Assembly: GCA_963708025.1 (NCBI GenBank)
Contig: CAVPSB010000044.1
Span: forward strand, 32,001 to 96,000
Source: an uncultured Candidatus Rokubacteria bacterium
GTDB taxonomy: Bacteria > Methylomirabilota > Methylomirabilia > Rokubacteriales > DASRDR01
Direction of reading: 5' to 3'
DNA: 64,000 nucleotides
The position numbers were made by a program, and so were the translations under genes. Position 1 is the first letter of the stretch. Every line of letters begins with the position of its first letter. Shown here piece by piece: positions 1 through 11,936 of the stretch. A model generated the notes under the pieces. It was not told the origin of the DNA. It was given only the letters and a program-made list of their open reading frames with translations, and ran no database searches.

Positions 1-603
1 GAGGCCGGGGCACAGCACGATCTGGGCGTGCATGCGGATCCCGGCCTCGGCCAGGGACCGCATCCGCGCCATCAGCTCCCCCCGCATGGTCTTCGGCCGC
101 CCGAGGAGGAAGTGCCGGAGCTCGGGATCCGTCGCGTGGACCGAGATGTACAGCGGCGAGAGATGCTGGTCGATGATGCGCTGGACCTCCTCGTCGGGGA
201 GGTCGGTCAGCGTGATGTAGTTGCCGTGGAGGAACGAGAGCCGGTAGTCGTCGTCCTTGACGTAGAGGCTCTTGCGCAGCCCCTTGGGAAGCTGGTGGAT
301 GAAGCAGAAGACGCACTTGTTGGCGCAGGTCGAGATCTCGGCCGGGGTGGGCGGCTCGCACTCGAGCCCCAGGTCCCGCCCCCACTCGCGGCGGAGCAAC
401 ACCGCGTGCGTCTGACACCCGCGCTGGAGGTCGATGGCGAGGCGCTCTTCACCGGCCAGCACGTGGAAGTCGATGAGATCGCGCAGTGGGCGGCCATTGA
501 CCCGCACCAGCCGGTCGCCGGGGAGCAGGCCGGCTTGGGCGGCCAGCCCGTCGGGCTCGACGCGAAGGACGCGCACGCCGATCTCCGGAACCCGCTTCGG
601 CAT
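1..603 (-). CDS. DUF512-domain PDZ/radical-SAM-like protein (3' end runs off the window)
   Basis: Not in the ORF track because it has no stop in the window. Manual translation from ATG at 603 gives MPKRVPEIGVRVLRVEPDGLAAQAGLLPGDRLVRVNG (PDZ-like), then TCANKCVFCFIHQLPKGLRKSLYVKDDDYRLSFLHGNYITLT and SPLYISVHATDP, the DUF512 family signature. Confidence 0.88.
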   Translation of the reverse strand, partial: MPKRVPEIGVRVLRVEPDGLAAQAGLLPGDRLVRVNGRPLRDLIDFHVLAGEERLAIDLQRGCQTHAVLLRREWGRDLGLECEPPTPAEISTCANKCVFCFIHQLPKGLRKSLYVKDDDYRLSFLHGNYITLTDLPDEEVQRIIDQHLSPLYISVHATDPELRHFLLGRPKTMRGELMARMRSLAEAGIRMHAQIVLCPGL

Positions 604-643
604 CCCGCTAGAATCCTCGAGGGGTCAAACGGGTCGAGTTCTT

Positions 644-844
644 GGGGCGAGGCCGACGAGCGAGCAGCGCCCACAGGCCGGAGGCCGTCCAACCGACGCA
701 GGGAGTCGCCCACCGCAGGCGTATGCCCCATACGCCGAGGATGGGCGACGACTGAGGACGACCATAGGTCGGGACGGACGCGAGGCCGTAGGCCGAGCGC
801 GTCCCGGCTGAGATGGACGATGCGAAGCTCATCGGCCTCGCCCC
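644..844. repeat. Intergenic palindromic repeat family 1, copy A (with two internal insertions)
   Basis: GGCCGA(C/G)GAGCGAGCAGCGC...GACGCAGGGAGTCGCCCACCGCAGGCGTATGCC(C/G)CATACGCCGAGGATGGGCGAC...GATGCGAAGCTCATCGGCC is shared with copies at 11793, 25012, 34978 and 59022. Confidence 0.92.
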
Positions 845-845
845 T

Positions 846-1391
846 CTACTGGGGGCCCCAGTCGATGTAGCGCGGCGCTAGCACCAGGTACTGGAGACCG
901 GAGGCGATCGTCAGCGCCGCCGTGACGAGCAGGAGCGACGGGCGGATCGGCTCGAACAGCCGCACGTGCGCCGCCAGCAGGAGCGCCACCGCCACCGCCA
1001 CCATCTGGAAGACCGTGCTCGTCTTGCCGAGCATCGTGGGCGCCGGATGGATCTGACCGCCCGTCAGCATGATGAGCACGGCGACCAGGATCAGCACGAG
1101 ATCCCGGCTGAGCACGACGGCGGCGAGCCAGAACGGGAGGATGCGCGGCACCTTGTAGGTCAGGGTCACGAACGCGGCGGTGAGGAGCAGCTTGTCGGCC
1201 AGGGGGTCGAGGAAGGCCCCCAGCCGGGTCTTCGTTCCTCGCGTGCGCGCGATGTAGCCGTCCAGCATGTCGGTGATGCCGGCCGCGACGAAGGTCGCCA
1301 ACGCGAGAACCACCCGGTTGTAGACGAGCAGGGTCACGAAGACCGGGATCAGCAGGATGCGGACGATCGTCAGCCAGTTGGCCAGGCCCAT
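846..1391 (-). CDS. pgsA: CDP-alcohol phosphatidyltransferase (PgsA-like)
   Basis: LANWLTIVRILLIP and TDMLDGYIAR...GAFLDPLADKLL match the DxxDGxxAR...GxxxDxxxD motif. Start placed at ATG 1391. Confidence 0.85.
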   Translation of the reverse strand: MGLANWLTIVRILLIPVFVTLLVYNRVVLALATFVAAGITDMLDGYIARTRGTKTRLGAFLDPLADKLLLTAAFVTLTYKVPRILPFWLAAVVLSRDLVLILVAVLIMLTGGQIHPAPTMLGKTSTVFQMVAVAVALLLAAHVRLFEPIRPSLLLVTAALTIASGLQYLVLAPRYIDWGPQ

Positions 1392-1553
1392 ACCGGATCG
1401 ACTCTGACGCCTCCCACGGGGTCCCGAGAACCGCCGAAGGCCCCGGGAAGTGTCCCGGAGCCTTCGGTGCCGGCGCCGCCGGAGCGCGGGTGCGGAGGGC
1501 GGCGAGGCCGAGCCGCTCGCCGCCCTCCGCACCCGGCCGAAAGGCCCGCCGCC

Positions 1554-2792
1554 CTATTGCAGATCCACGTCGTCGAACGTCCCGACGCCCGCCAAGGTGA
1601 TGGCCACCTTCTTGGCCCCCTTGGGCACCTTGAACGTGGCGCGAATGGTCTTCGGGTCCCCGGGCGGAACCGTGCCGTTGTTGAACCCGTCCACCTTGAT
1701 CATGGCGGCGGTCTCGCCGGTGTCGTAGCTGAGGACCCCGCTCTTGTTCTCGTTGACCAGGACCCACTTCGACTGCTTGCTCCCCACCGCCCGCAGCGTG
1801 ACGACGACCGACAGTACGGCGCCCCGGACCTTGACCTCGTTGAGGTCGACGAGCAGCTCCTTGTCGTGGTCGGTCTTGATCGTCTGGATCACCTTGAGAG
1901 CCGAGGGCGTGCCGGTGGCGTCCGGCGGCGCCGTCGCCGCCAGAGTGGTGGGCGCCGCACCGGCCGCCGCGACCGACGCCTTCGCCGCGGCCGCCGCAGC
2001 CTGGGCCCCGCTGGCCCCGTAGTGGTAGTAGGTCGCCGGCGTCTTCGACACGATGAACTTCACCGCTTCCTGGATGCAGAGCCGGAGGGCCTTCTCGGTG
2101 GGCGTCTTGGACCAGCCGCCCAGCGCGCCCCCGAGCGCGCCGCCGGCGCCGGCGCCGGCGAGGGCCCCGCCCAGGGCGAAGTCCGTCGCCTTGCCTTCCA
2201 CGCTGGTGGCGGCCACGATCCGCGACGTCTTGGTGTCGACGACCCGGACGTCGATCGCCATGTGGGCGTTCTTGATGCCGCCCGCGATGCCGCCCAGGAT
2301 CCGGCCGGCGGTGCCGCCGATCCCGCCGATCCCGCCGCCGCCGCCCGACTGGGCCCCCTCGAACTCCGTCACCGCGCCGGTGATCAGGAGCTCGGCGCCC
2401 TCGATCTCGCCGGTGGGCGCCTCGGTGCCCTTCTTGATCCGGCCCGCCGTCGCGAGGTCCTGCTCCTTCAGCACGTCACCGAGCGTCTGGCGCTCCAGCA
2501 CGATGTAGCGGTTCGAGTGGAAGAGCGCGGTGGCCAGCATGTCGGACATGCCGTCCCCGATCGCCCCGGTCCACCACCCCTTCCCGGTCTTGTCGGTGAA
2601 GCGGTTCACCGCGACCCGGGCCTTCGGGCCGTCGTACGACTCCTGCTGGGCTTCCTCGATGCTCTTGCCCTCGGGATTCGTCACCGTGGCTTTCGGCTTG
2701 ATGAGCTGCGCCTGGGCGCTGCCCGCGAGCCCGAAGAGCAGGGCGACCACCACTAAGACGCTCCACGCCCGGACATCCCGCGACCCACTCAT
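1554..2792 (-). CDS. CsgG/HfaB-family exported protein with an extra C-terminal domain
   Basis: Signal peptide ending AQA; KARVAVNRF, IGDGMSDMLATALFHSNRYIVLER, GAELLITGAVTEFE, IDVRVVDTKTSRIV. SD AGGAGGGG precedes ATG 2792. Confidence 0.8.
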   Translation of the reverse strand: MSGSRDVRAWSVLVVVALLFGLAGSAQAQLIKPKATVTNPEGKSIEEAQQESYDGPKARVAVNRFTDKTGKGWWTGAIGDGMSDMLATALFHSNRYIVLERQTLGDVLKEQDLATAGRIKKGTEAPTGEIEGAELLITGAVTEFEGAQSGGGGGIGGIGGTAGRILGGIAGGIKNAHMAIDVRVVDTKTSRIVAATSVEGKATDFALGGALAGAGAGGALGGALGGWSKTPTEKALRLCIQEAVKFIVSKTPATYYHYGASGAQAAAAAAKASVAAAGAAPTTLAATAPPDATGTPSALKVIQTIKTDHDKELLVDLNEVKVRGAVLSVVVTLRAVGSKQSKWVLVNENKSGVLSYDTGETAAMIKVDGFNNGTVPPGDPKTIRATFKVPKGAKKVAITLAGVGTFDDVDLQ

Positions 2793-2814
2793 GAGTCCCC
2801 TCCTTGAGGCGGCG

Positions 2815-4125
2815 TCACCCGCCCGCCGCGAGGCGGGCGCGACCAACCGTGACAGATGTCCCGACCGACTCTTCCCGATATGGCTCGACGACCCCGGCCA
2901 GGGCGCGCGGGATTTGCGCGTCGAGCCGGATTCCATCAGCGACGTCCTCCCGCCAGAGCACCTGACCCCGCGCGTAGATGAGGCTCACGACCCCGGCCCG
3001 GTCGTACGGCACCTTGAGCCGGCAGTGGAGCCGCGTCGCCCGGAGCCCGTCGTCGATCCCGGCCAGGAGCCGCTCGATGCCCGTCCCCTGCCGCGCCGAG
3101 ACCGCGATCCCTCCCTCGGCGGCGAGCTGCCGCAGGAGTCCGTCCCCGTCGACCAGGCGGTCCACCTTGTTGAGCGCGGTCAGGATCGGCTTGGCCTCGA
3201 GGGCCAGCTCGCCGAGCACCTGGTGCACCGCCGCCATCTGATCCTGCGCCCGCGGGTGGCTCGTGTCCACGACGTGGAGCAGGAGGTCCGCCTCCCCCAG
3301 CTCTTCCAGGGTCGCCTTGAACGCGGCCACGACCTGCGTCGGCAGCTTCCGGATGAAGCCGACCGTATCGGTCAGCAGGAACGGCGCGCGACCGCCGCCG
3401 TTGACCAAGCGCGCCGCCGGGTCCAGCGTCACGAAGAGCTGGTCGGCGGTGCGGCCGTCGGCGCCCGCGAGCCGGTTCAGCAGCGTGGTCTTCCCCGCGT
3501 TCGTGTAGCCGACCAGGGCCACCACCGGCAGCCCGACGTCCCGCCGGTGCACGCGCAAGAGCCGGCGGTGCCGCTGGACGTCCCGCAGGTCCGCGTTGAT
3601 CTGCCCGATCCGCCGCCGGATGACCCGCCGGTCCGATTCGAGCTGCGTCTCGCCGGGCCCCCGCGTCCCGATCCCGCCGCCCAGCCGCTCGAGGTGGGAC
3701 CACTGTCCCACCAGGCGCGGCAGCAGGTAGGTGAGCTGGGCCAGCTCAACCTGCAGCTTGCCCTCGCTGGTCCGGGCCCGCTGGGCGAAGATGTCCAGGA
3801 TCAGCGCCGTCCGGTCGATGACCCGGACGCCCACCGCCCGGGAGACGTTCCGCTCCTGGATGGGGGTCAGCGAGTCGTCCGAGATCAGCAGGGTCGCCCC
3901 CAGGCTCTTCGCCAGGCCGCGGACCTCGTCCACCTTGCCGCGACCGAAGTGGAGCGGTGGGGTCGGCGCCTCGCGCTCCTGGAGGACGCTCGCCAGCACC
4001 TGCGCCCCGGCCGACTCCGCGAGCCGGGCCAGCTCCTCAATAGACTCTTCGACCTCCCAGCGTCTCTGCCTCGGGAGCCGGAGGCCGACCAGAATGGCGC
4101 GGTCGGCGGCACGGTGCGTGACCAT
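2815..4125 (-). CDS. hflX: Ribosome-splitting GTPase HflX
   Basis: DRTALILDIFAQRA, EGKLQVELAQL, GGGIGTRGPGETQLE, GYTNAGKT, DTVGFI, NKVD. Confidence 0.97.
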   Translation of the reverse strand: MVTHRAADRAILVGLRLPRQRRWEVEESIEELARLAESAGAQVLASVLQEREAPTPPLHFGRGKVDEVRGLAKSLGATLLISDDSLTPIQERNVSRAVGVRVIDRTALILDIFAQRARTSEGKLQVELAQLTYLLPRLVGQWSHLERLGGGIGTRGPGETQLESDRRVIRRRIGQINADLRDVQRHRRLLRVHRRDVGLPVVALVGYTNAGKTTLLNRLAGADGRTADQLFVTLDPAARLVNGGGRAPFLLTDTVGFIRKLPTQVVAAFKATLEELGEADLLLHVVDTSHPRAQDQMAAVHQVLGELALEAKPILTALNKVDRLVDGDGLLRQLAAEGGIAVSARQGTGIERLLAGIDDGLRATRLHCRLKVPYDRAGVVSLIYARGQVLWREDVADGIRLDAQIPRALAGVVEPYREESVGTSVTVGRARLAAGG

Positions 4126-4141
4126 CCCCACGTCGAAGGTC

Positions 4142-4170
4142 AGGTTAGCCGAAAATACCCGCGCTCTCAA
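4142..4170 (-). promoter_or_regulatory. Putative sigma70 promoter for hflX, overlapping the miaA 3' end
   Basis: Minus strand TTGAGA-N17-TAACCT in a locally AT-rich patch. Confidence 0.45.
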
Positions 4171-5125
4171 TCAATTTTTTCGCTTCGGCGACCGCGGCGG
4201 CGCCGTCTTCGGGGCCGATCGTGACCCAGTGCGTGACCTCGGCCCGCGCGAACCAGGTCCACTGCCGCTTGGCGTAGCGGCGCGTGTCGCGCTTCATGGC
4301 GGAGACCGCGTCCGGGAGGGAGGCCCCTCGCGACACGACGGGCGCGAGATGCCGATACCCGATGCCCTGCATGGCCGGCAGGTCGGGCCCGTAGCCCGCT
4401 CCGAGGAGGCTTTCGACCTCGGCCAGGAGGCCGGCGGCGAGCATGCGATCGACGCGGGCGTCGAGGCGCGCGTAGAGCGCCTCCCGGGCCGAGGTCAGCC
4501 CGATGGCCACGACCCGGTAGGGGGAGCGGCCCGGGGGCTGGCGACGGCCCCGGACGGCGCTCGCTGGCTGACCGGTCAGCCGGGCGATCTCGAGGGCCCG
4601 GATCACGCGGACCAGGTCCCGGGGGTGGAGTCGGGCGGCGGTCGCGGGGTCGATGGCGGCCAGCCGCTGGTGGAGGGCGGCAGGCCCCTCGGCGGCGGCC
4701 TCGGCGCGAAACCGGCGCCGGAGGGCGAGATCCGCGGGCGGCACGGGCGACAGGCCGTGCAGCAACGCCGCCAGGTAGAGGCCGGTCCCGCCGACGAGGA
4801 CCGGCCAGCGGCCGCGGGCCCGGATGTCCGCGATCGCCGCCGCGGCGTCCCGGGCGAAGCGTGCCGCGTCGTAGGGCTCGTCCGGCTCGGCGACGTCGAG
4901 GAGGTGGTGGCGAAGGAGGCGCCGCTCGATGGCCGTCGGCTTGCCGGTCCCGATGTCCATCCGGCGGTAGACCTGCCGCGAGTCCACGCTGACCGCCTCG
5001 ATCGGCCACTCGCGCGCCAGCGCCACCGCCAGGGCGGTCTTCCCCACCCCGGTCGGTCCCACGATGGCCACCAGCGGAATCTCGGGGAGCGAGGGCGCGG
5101 CGCGCGACAAGACAGGGTCGACCAC
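4145..5125 (-). CDS. miaA: tRNA dimethylallyltransferase
   Basis: [44 protein letters not shown]. Confidence 0.97.
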   Translation of the reverse strand: MVDPVLSRAAPSLPEIPLVAIVGPTGVGKTALAVALAREWPIEAVSVDSRQVYRRMDIGTGKPTAIERRLLRHHLLDVAEPDEPYDAARFARDAAAAIADIRARGRWPVLVGGTGLYLAALLHGLSPVPPADLALRRRFRAEAAAEGPAALHQRLAAIDPATAARLHPRDLVRVIRALEIARLTGQPASAVRGRRQPPGRSPYRVVAIGLTSAREALYARLDARVDRMLAAGLLAEVESLLGAGYGPDLPAMQGIGYRHLAPVVSRGASLPDAVSAMKRDTRRYAKRQWTWFARAEVTHWVTIGPEDGAAAVAEAKKLIESAGIFG

Positions 5126-5129
5126 CAGC

Positions 5130-6835
5130 CTACCAGGTGCGGCGGAGATCCTTCTTGATCTCGCGCAGCGGGATCCGCGAGACGACAGGCCGGCCGTGCG
5201 GGCAGTAGAACGGGGTGGCCGTCCCCGCCAGGTCGCCGAGGAGCCGGGTCATCTCCTCCCGCGGCAGCGGCTGGTGGGCCTTGATCGCCGCCCGACAGGC
5301 GACGAAGGCCAGGACCCGGTCCAGCACCGGGGAGGTCACACGGCCCCCCTCGTCGTCGATCTCCCGGGCCAGCTCGTCGACCAGGCGCTGGGGCTCTTCC
5401 CCGCGAAGCAGAGACGGCACGCTGCGGAGGAGCAGCGTCGCCTCACCGAACTCCTCGAACGCGAAGCCCAAACGGTCCAGCTCCGGCCGCGCCCGCTCCA
5501 CCGCGCGGCGGCGCGCGGGCGCCAGCTCGAGCGGCTGCGGGAAGAGCAGGTCCTGGCCGGGCAGCGGCCCGGCGTCGAGCTCGCTCCGCAGGCGCTCGAA
5601 GACGACCCGCTCGTGGGCCACGTGCTGGTCGATGAAGAAGACCTCGTCGGGGGTATAGGCGACGATGAAGGTGTCCTCGATCTGGCCGATCGGCTGGCCG
5701 AAGAGCGCGGAGGCCTGGTAGTCGGCCTCGCGGTCGCGGAAGAGCGACACCTGCGCGTCGCCGCCGTCGTCCGGGCGGGGCAGCCCCGCCGGCTCGGGCG
5801 CGCCCGGGCCGCCGGGCGCAAGCGGCCGCACCGGCAGCACGTCGAGCTGGCGGAGCGCGCGGGAGATCGCCTGGTACACGAGGTCGTGAAGCGCCCGGGG
5901 CTGGCGGAAGCGCACCCAGGTCTTGGTGGGATGGACGTTGGCGTCCACCTCGGCCGGGCTCACCTCGAGGATCAGCACCGCGAGGGGGAACTGATCGCGC
6001 GGGAGCAGCGGACGGTACGCCTCGGTCAGCGCCTGGGTGAGGAGCGTGTCGCGGACGGCCCGGCCGTTGACGATCAGGTGGATGTCCTCCCGGTGCGAGC
6101 GCGAGAGCGAGGGCGGGGCGACCAGGCCAGCCAGGCGCGCACTTCCGCTCTCCCCGCTCACCTCGAGCAGCCGCTCGGCCAGCCCGAAGCCGTAGAGGCT
6201 CCCCACGCGGTCGCGTAGCGTGGCGGCCCGCGGGGCGTTCAGCGCGAGGCGCCCATTCGTGGTGAGCCGCACGTGCACCCCGGGATGGGCCAGCGCGAGC
6301 TGGGTCACCACCCGGAGAATGGCCGCCTGCTCGGTCGGCGGGCTCTTGAGGAACTTCGCCCGGGCCGGGGTGTTGAAGAAGAGATCCCGCGCCTCGACGG
6401 TCGTGCCCTCGGGGAGCTCGACATCGCCGGCCTCCTGCACCACGCCGCCCTCGCCCTCCATCAGGTAGCCGACGGGCGCCCCGCGGGTCCGGGAGGCCAG
6501 GCGCAGGCGCGAGACGGCGAAGATCGCCGGCAGCGCCTCCCCGCGGAAGCCGAGGGTGGCGATGGTGGCGAGGTCGGCCTCGTCGGCGAGCTTGGAGGTC
6601 GCGTGGCGCTCGAGCGCGAGCCGGCAGTCCTCGGGAGTCATGCCGTGGCCGTCGTCGGCGACGGAGATCAGCTGGCGGCCGGCGCCCCGGATGGCGACCG
6701 TGATCAGACTGCTGCCGGCATCCAGGCTGTTCTCGACCAGCTCCTTCACGACCGAGGCCGGGCGCTCCACCACCTCGCCGGCGGCGATCTTGTTGACGAG
6801 GGCGTCCGGCAGCCGCCGGACCGGACGCGGCTCGC

Positions 6836-6839
<4 letters not shown>
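5130..6839 (-). CDS. mutL: DNA mismatch repair protein MutL
   Basis: NKIAAGEVVERPASVVKELVENSLDAG, RHATSK, GFRGEAL, DQHVAHER endonuclease motif, ACR, CPHGRP. GTG start overlaps the mutS stop (GTGA). Confidence 0.97.
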
Positions 6840-9763
<2,924 letters not shown>

Positions 9764-9769
9764 GCCGGG

Positions 9770-10249
9770 TCAGGCCGGGAACCGCGGACGGAGTCGGCGG
9801 AAGGTCTCCTCGAGGCTCTCCGGCATTACCTTCACGGCGCCGACGACCGGCATGAAGTTCGTGTCGCCGGCCCAGCGGGGCACGATGTGGAGGTGGAGGT
9901 GACCCTCCACGCCGGCGCCGGCCGCTCGACCCACGTTGGCGCCGACGTTGAAGCCGTCGGGACGGTATTCGGCGCGCAGGGCAACCAGGGCCTGCTGGGT
10001 CAGGCGCCACAGATCGTGGCTCTCGGCCGCATCGAGGTCCTCGGGTGAGGCCACGTGGCGGACCGTCGCCGTCATCAGGTGACCCGGAGCGTAAGGGAAG
10101 GCGTTCAACATGAGGAGGGCGCTCGGAGCGCGGGTCAGGATGCCCTGCCTGGCATCATCGGCGGCCAGCACGGAGCAGAAGAGACAGCCGGCGGGCTGCC
10201 CGGCCCCGCTCACGTAGGCCATCCGCCACGGCGCCCACAGGAGGTCCAT
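9770..10249 (-). CDS. HIT-family hydrolase (Ap4A phosphorylase-like)
   Basis: LWAPWRMAY, CLFC, LNAFPYAPGHLM, HLHLHIVPRWAGDTNFMP. Confidence 0.93.
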   Translation of the reverse strand: MDLLWAPWRMAYVSGAGQPAGCLFCSVLAADDARQGILTRAPSALLMLNAFPYAPGHLMTATVRHVASPEDLDAAESHDLWRLTQQALVALRAEYRPDGFNVGANVGRAAGAGVEGHLHLHIVPRWAGDTNFMPVVGAVKVMPESLEETFRRLRPRFPA

Positions 10250-10317
10250 CGACGGCAGCCGGCCTCAGGTCGATCTCGGCGCCCGGCGCTCACGGCCCGG
10301 TGCGCCGAGTGATTCCG

Positions 10318-10593
10318 TCATCCGTTGACGAGCTCCTTGAGACGCTTGCCCACCTTGAAGAACGGAACCCGCTTCTCCGGCACGCTCACGCTGGAGCCCG
10401 TCTTGGGGTTGCGGCCGCGCCGCGCGTTCCGGCGTCGAACCCGGAAGCTCCCGAATCCCCGCAGCTCGACCTTTTCGGCTTTCGCCAGGGCGCCCGTGAT
10501 GCTGTCGAAGATCGTGTTGACGATGAGCTCCGTTTCCTTCTTGGTGAGGTTCGAGACCTTGGCGACCTCGTCCACCAGGTCGGCCTTCGTCAT
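10318..10593 (-). CDS. ihfB: Integration host factor beta / HU-family DNA-binding protein
   Basis: MTKADLVDEV, KVELRGFGSF, GRNPKTG, VPFFKVGKRLKE. Located downstream of rpsA-sppA. Confidence 0.88.
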   Translation of the reverse strand: MTKADLVDEVAKVSNLTKKETELIVNTIFDSITGALAKAEKVELRGFGSFRVRRRNARRGRNPKTGSSVSVPEKRVPFFKVGKRLKELVNG

Positions 10594-10711
10594 GGTGGGC
10601 ACGCTTGCTCCCCCTTCTCCGGCCAGCTCTGGCTCTCCTCCTCGCGTCAACGGCGCCACGGCAGCTGGCGCCTCCGCGCACGATCCCCAAGCGGGCCTCT
10701 GAGCGGCCCTC

Positions 10712-10741
10712 ACGCTATCACGGAGCGAAAACGCCTGTCAA
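10712..10741 (-). promoter_or_regulatory. Putative sigma70 promoter upstream of ihfB
   Basis: Minus strand TTGACA-N18-TAGCGT with an extended -10 TG. Confidence 0.6.
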
Positions 10742-10823
10742 GCCGCATAGTTGTCATGCGCACTCCCGGTAAGGGTGCCGGACAGAGCCGTGTGGTGCCT
10801 ACGCCGGGGCCTCGGCCCCGGCA

Positions 10824-11738
10824 TTATTCCATCAGGTAGAGAGGAAGCTTGGTCGCTCCTAGCAGCGGCCACGGGGCGAGGGCGGCGCGCCCGGCGAGCA
10901 GCGTGCCGAGCGCGGTGTGGCTGCCGGCCCAATCGGCGAGGTCGGCCCAGCGGAACTGGCGGCGGGGACGCACGAGTTGCGGCTTGCCGGCGATGCCGGC
11001 GAGGGTGCCGGCCACCCGCACCGCGTCCTCGAGACCGCCCAGGCTGTCCACCAGTCCCAGCTCCTTCGCGCGGCGACCCGAGTAGACACGGCCGTCGGCC
11101 AGCTCCAGCACGGCCGCCCGGTCCAGGCGGCGTCCCTTGGCGACCGCCGTCACGAACTGATCGTACATGTCGTCGAGGAGTGTTTGTAGAATCGCCCGCT
11201 CCTCGGGGGTCATCGCCCGCGCGACGTTGCCCACGTCCTTGTGGCGGCCGGCCTTGACCACCTCGAAGTGGATGCCGACCTTCTTGAGAAGGCCCTCGAA
11301 CTCGGCGAGTTGGATCAGCACGCCGATGGAGCCGGTCAGGGTGCCGGGGTTGGCGACGATGTGGTCGGCGGCGACCGCCAGGTAGTAACCGCCGGAGGCG
11401 GCGAGCGCGCCCATCGACACCACCACGACCTTGCCCTTCTCGCGCACGCGCGCGATGGCGTCGTGGATCTCCTGGCTCGGGCCCACGACACCACCCGGGC
11501 TCTCGACGCGGACGACGATGGCCCGGATGGAGGCGTCTTCGAGGTGCTCATCCAGCTGGCGGACAACCGGCTGGGCGTCGACGATGAGCCCCTCGACCTC
11601 GACGAGCGCCACCCGGTTCCCGCCCAGCGTCCACTCGCCGCGCTCGGCGAGGACCAGGAGGCCGAGGATGGCGATGAAGCAGGCGGCGAAGACCAGGCCG
11701 GTGACCGCCAGCGCCGTCAGAACCCGCCGCCGCACCAT
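10824..11738 (-). CDS. sppA: Signal peptide peptidase SppA (S49, short type)
   Basis: N-terminal TM; RVESPGG, AASGGYY, TLTGSIGV, ADGRVYSG, LGLVDSLG. Confidence 0.95.
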   Translation of the reverse strand: MVRRRVLTALAVTGLVFAACFIAILGLLVLAERGEWTLGGNRVALVEVEGLIVDAQPVVRQLDEHLEDASIRAIVVRVESPGGVVGPSQEIHDAIARVREKGKVVVVSMGALAASGGYYLAVAADHIVANPGTLTGSIGVLIQLAEFEGLLKKVGIHFEVVKAGRHKDVGNVARAMTPEERAILQTLLDDMYDQFVTAVAKGRRLDRAAVLELADGRVYSGRRAKELGLVDSLGGLEDAVRVAGTLAGIAGKPQLVRPRRQFRWADLADWAGSHTALGTLLAGRAALAPWPLLGATKLPLYLME

Positions 11739-11792
11739 CAGCAGTCTACGATCCTTCTCGCGCGAAGCTCATGGCCGACGGGTCATACCGAA

Positions 11793-11933
11793 GCGGGGCC
11801 GAGGAGCGAGCAGCGCTAGGACGCAGGGAGTCGCCCACCGCAGGCGTATGCCGCATACGCCGAGGATGGGCGACGACCCCGAAGGCCGAAGGCCGTCCGA
11901 AGGACGACGCGATGCGACGCTCATCGGCCCCGC
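11793..11933. repeat. Intergenic palindromic repeat family 1, copy B
   Basis: Near-identical to copies A, C, D and E. Abuts the rpsA TAG stop. Confidence 0.93.
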
Positions 11934-11936
11934 GGG

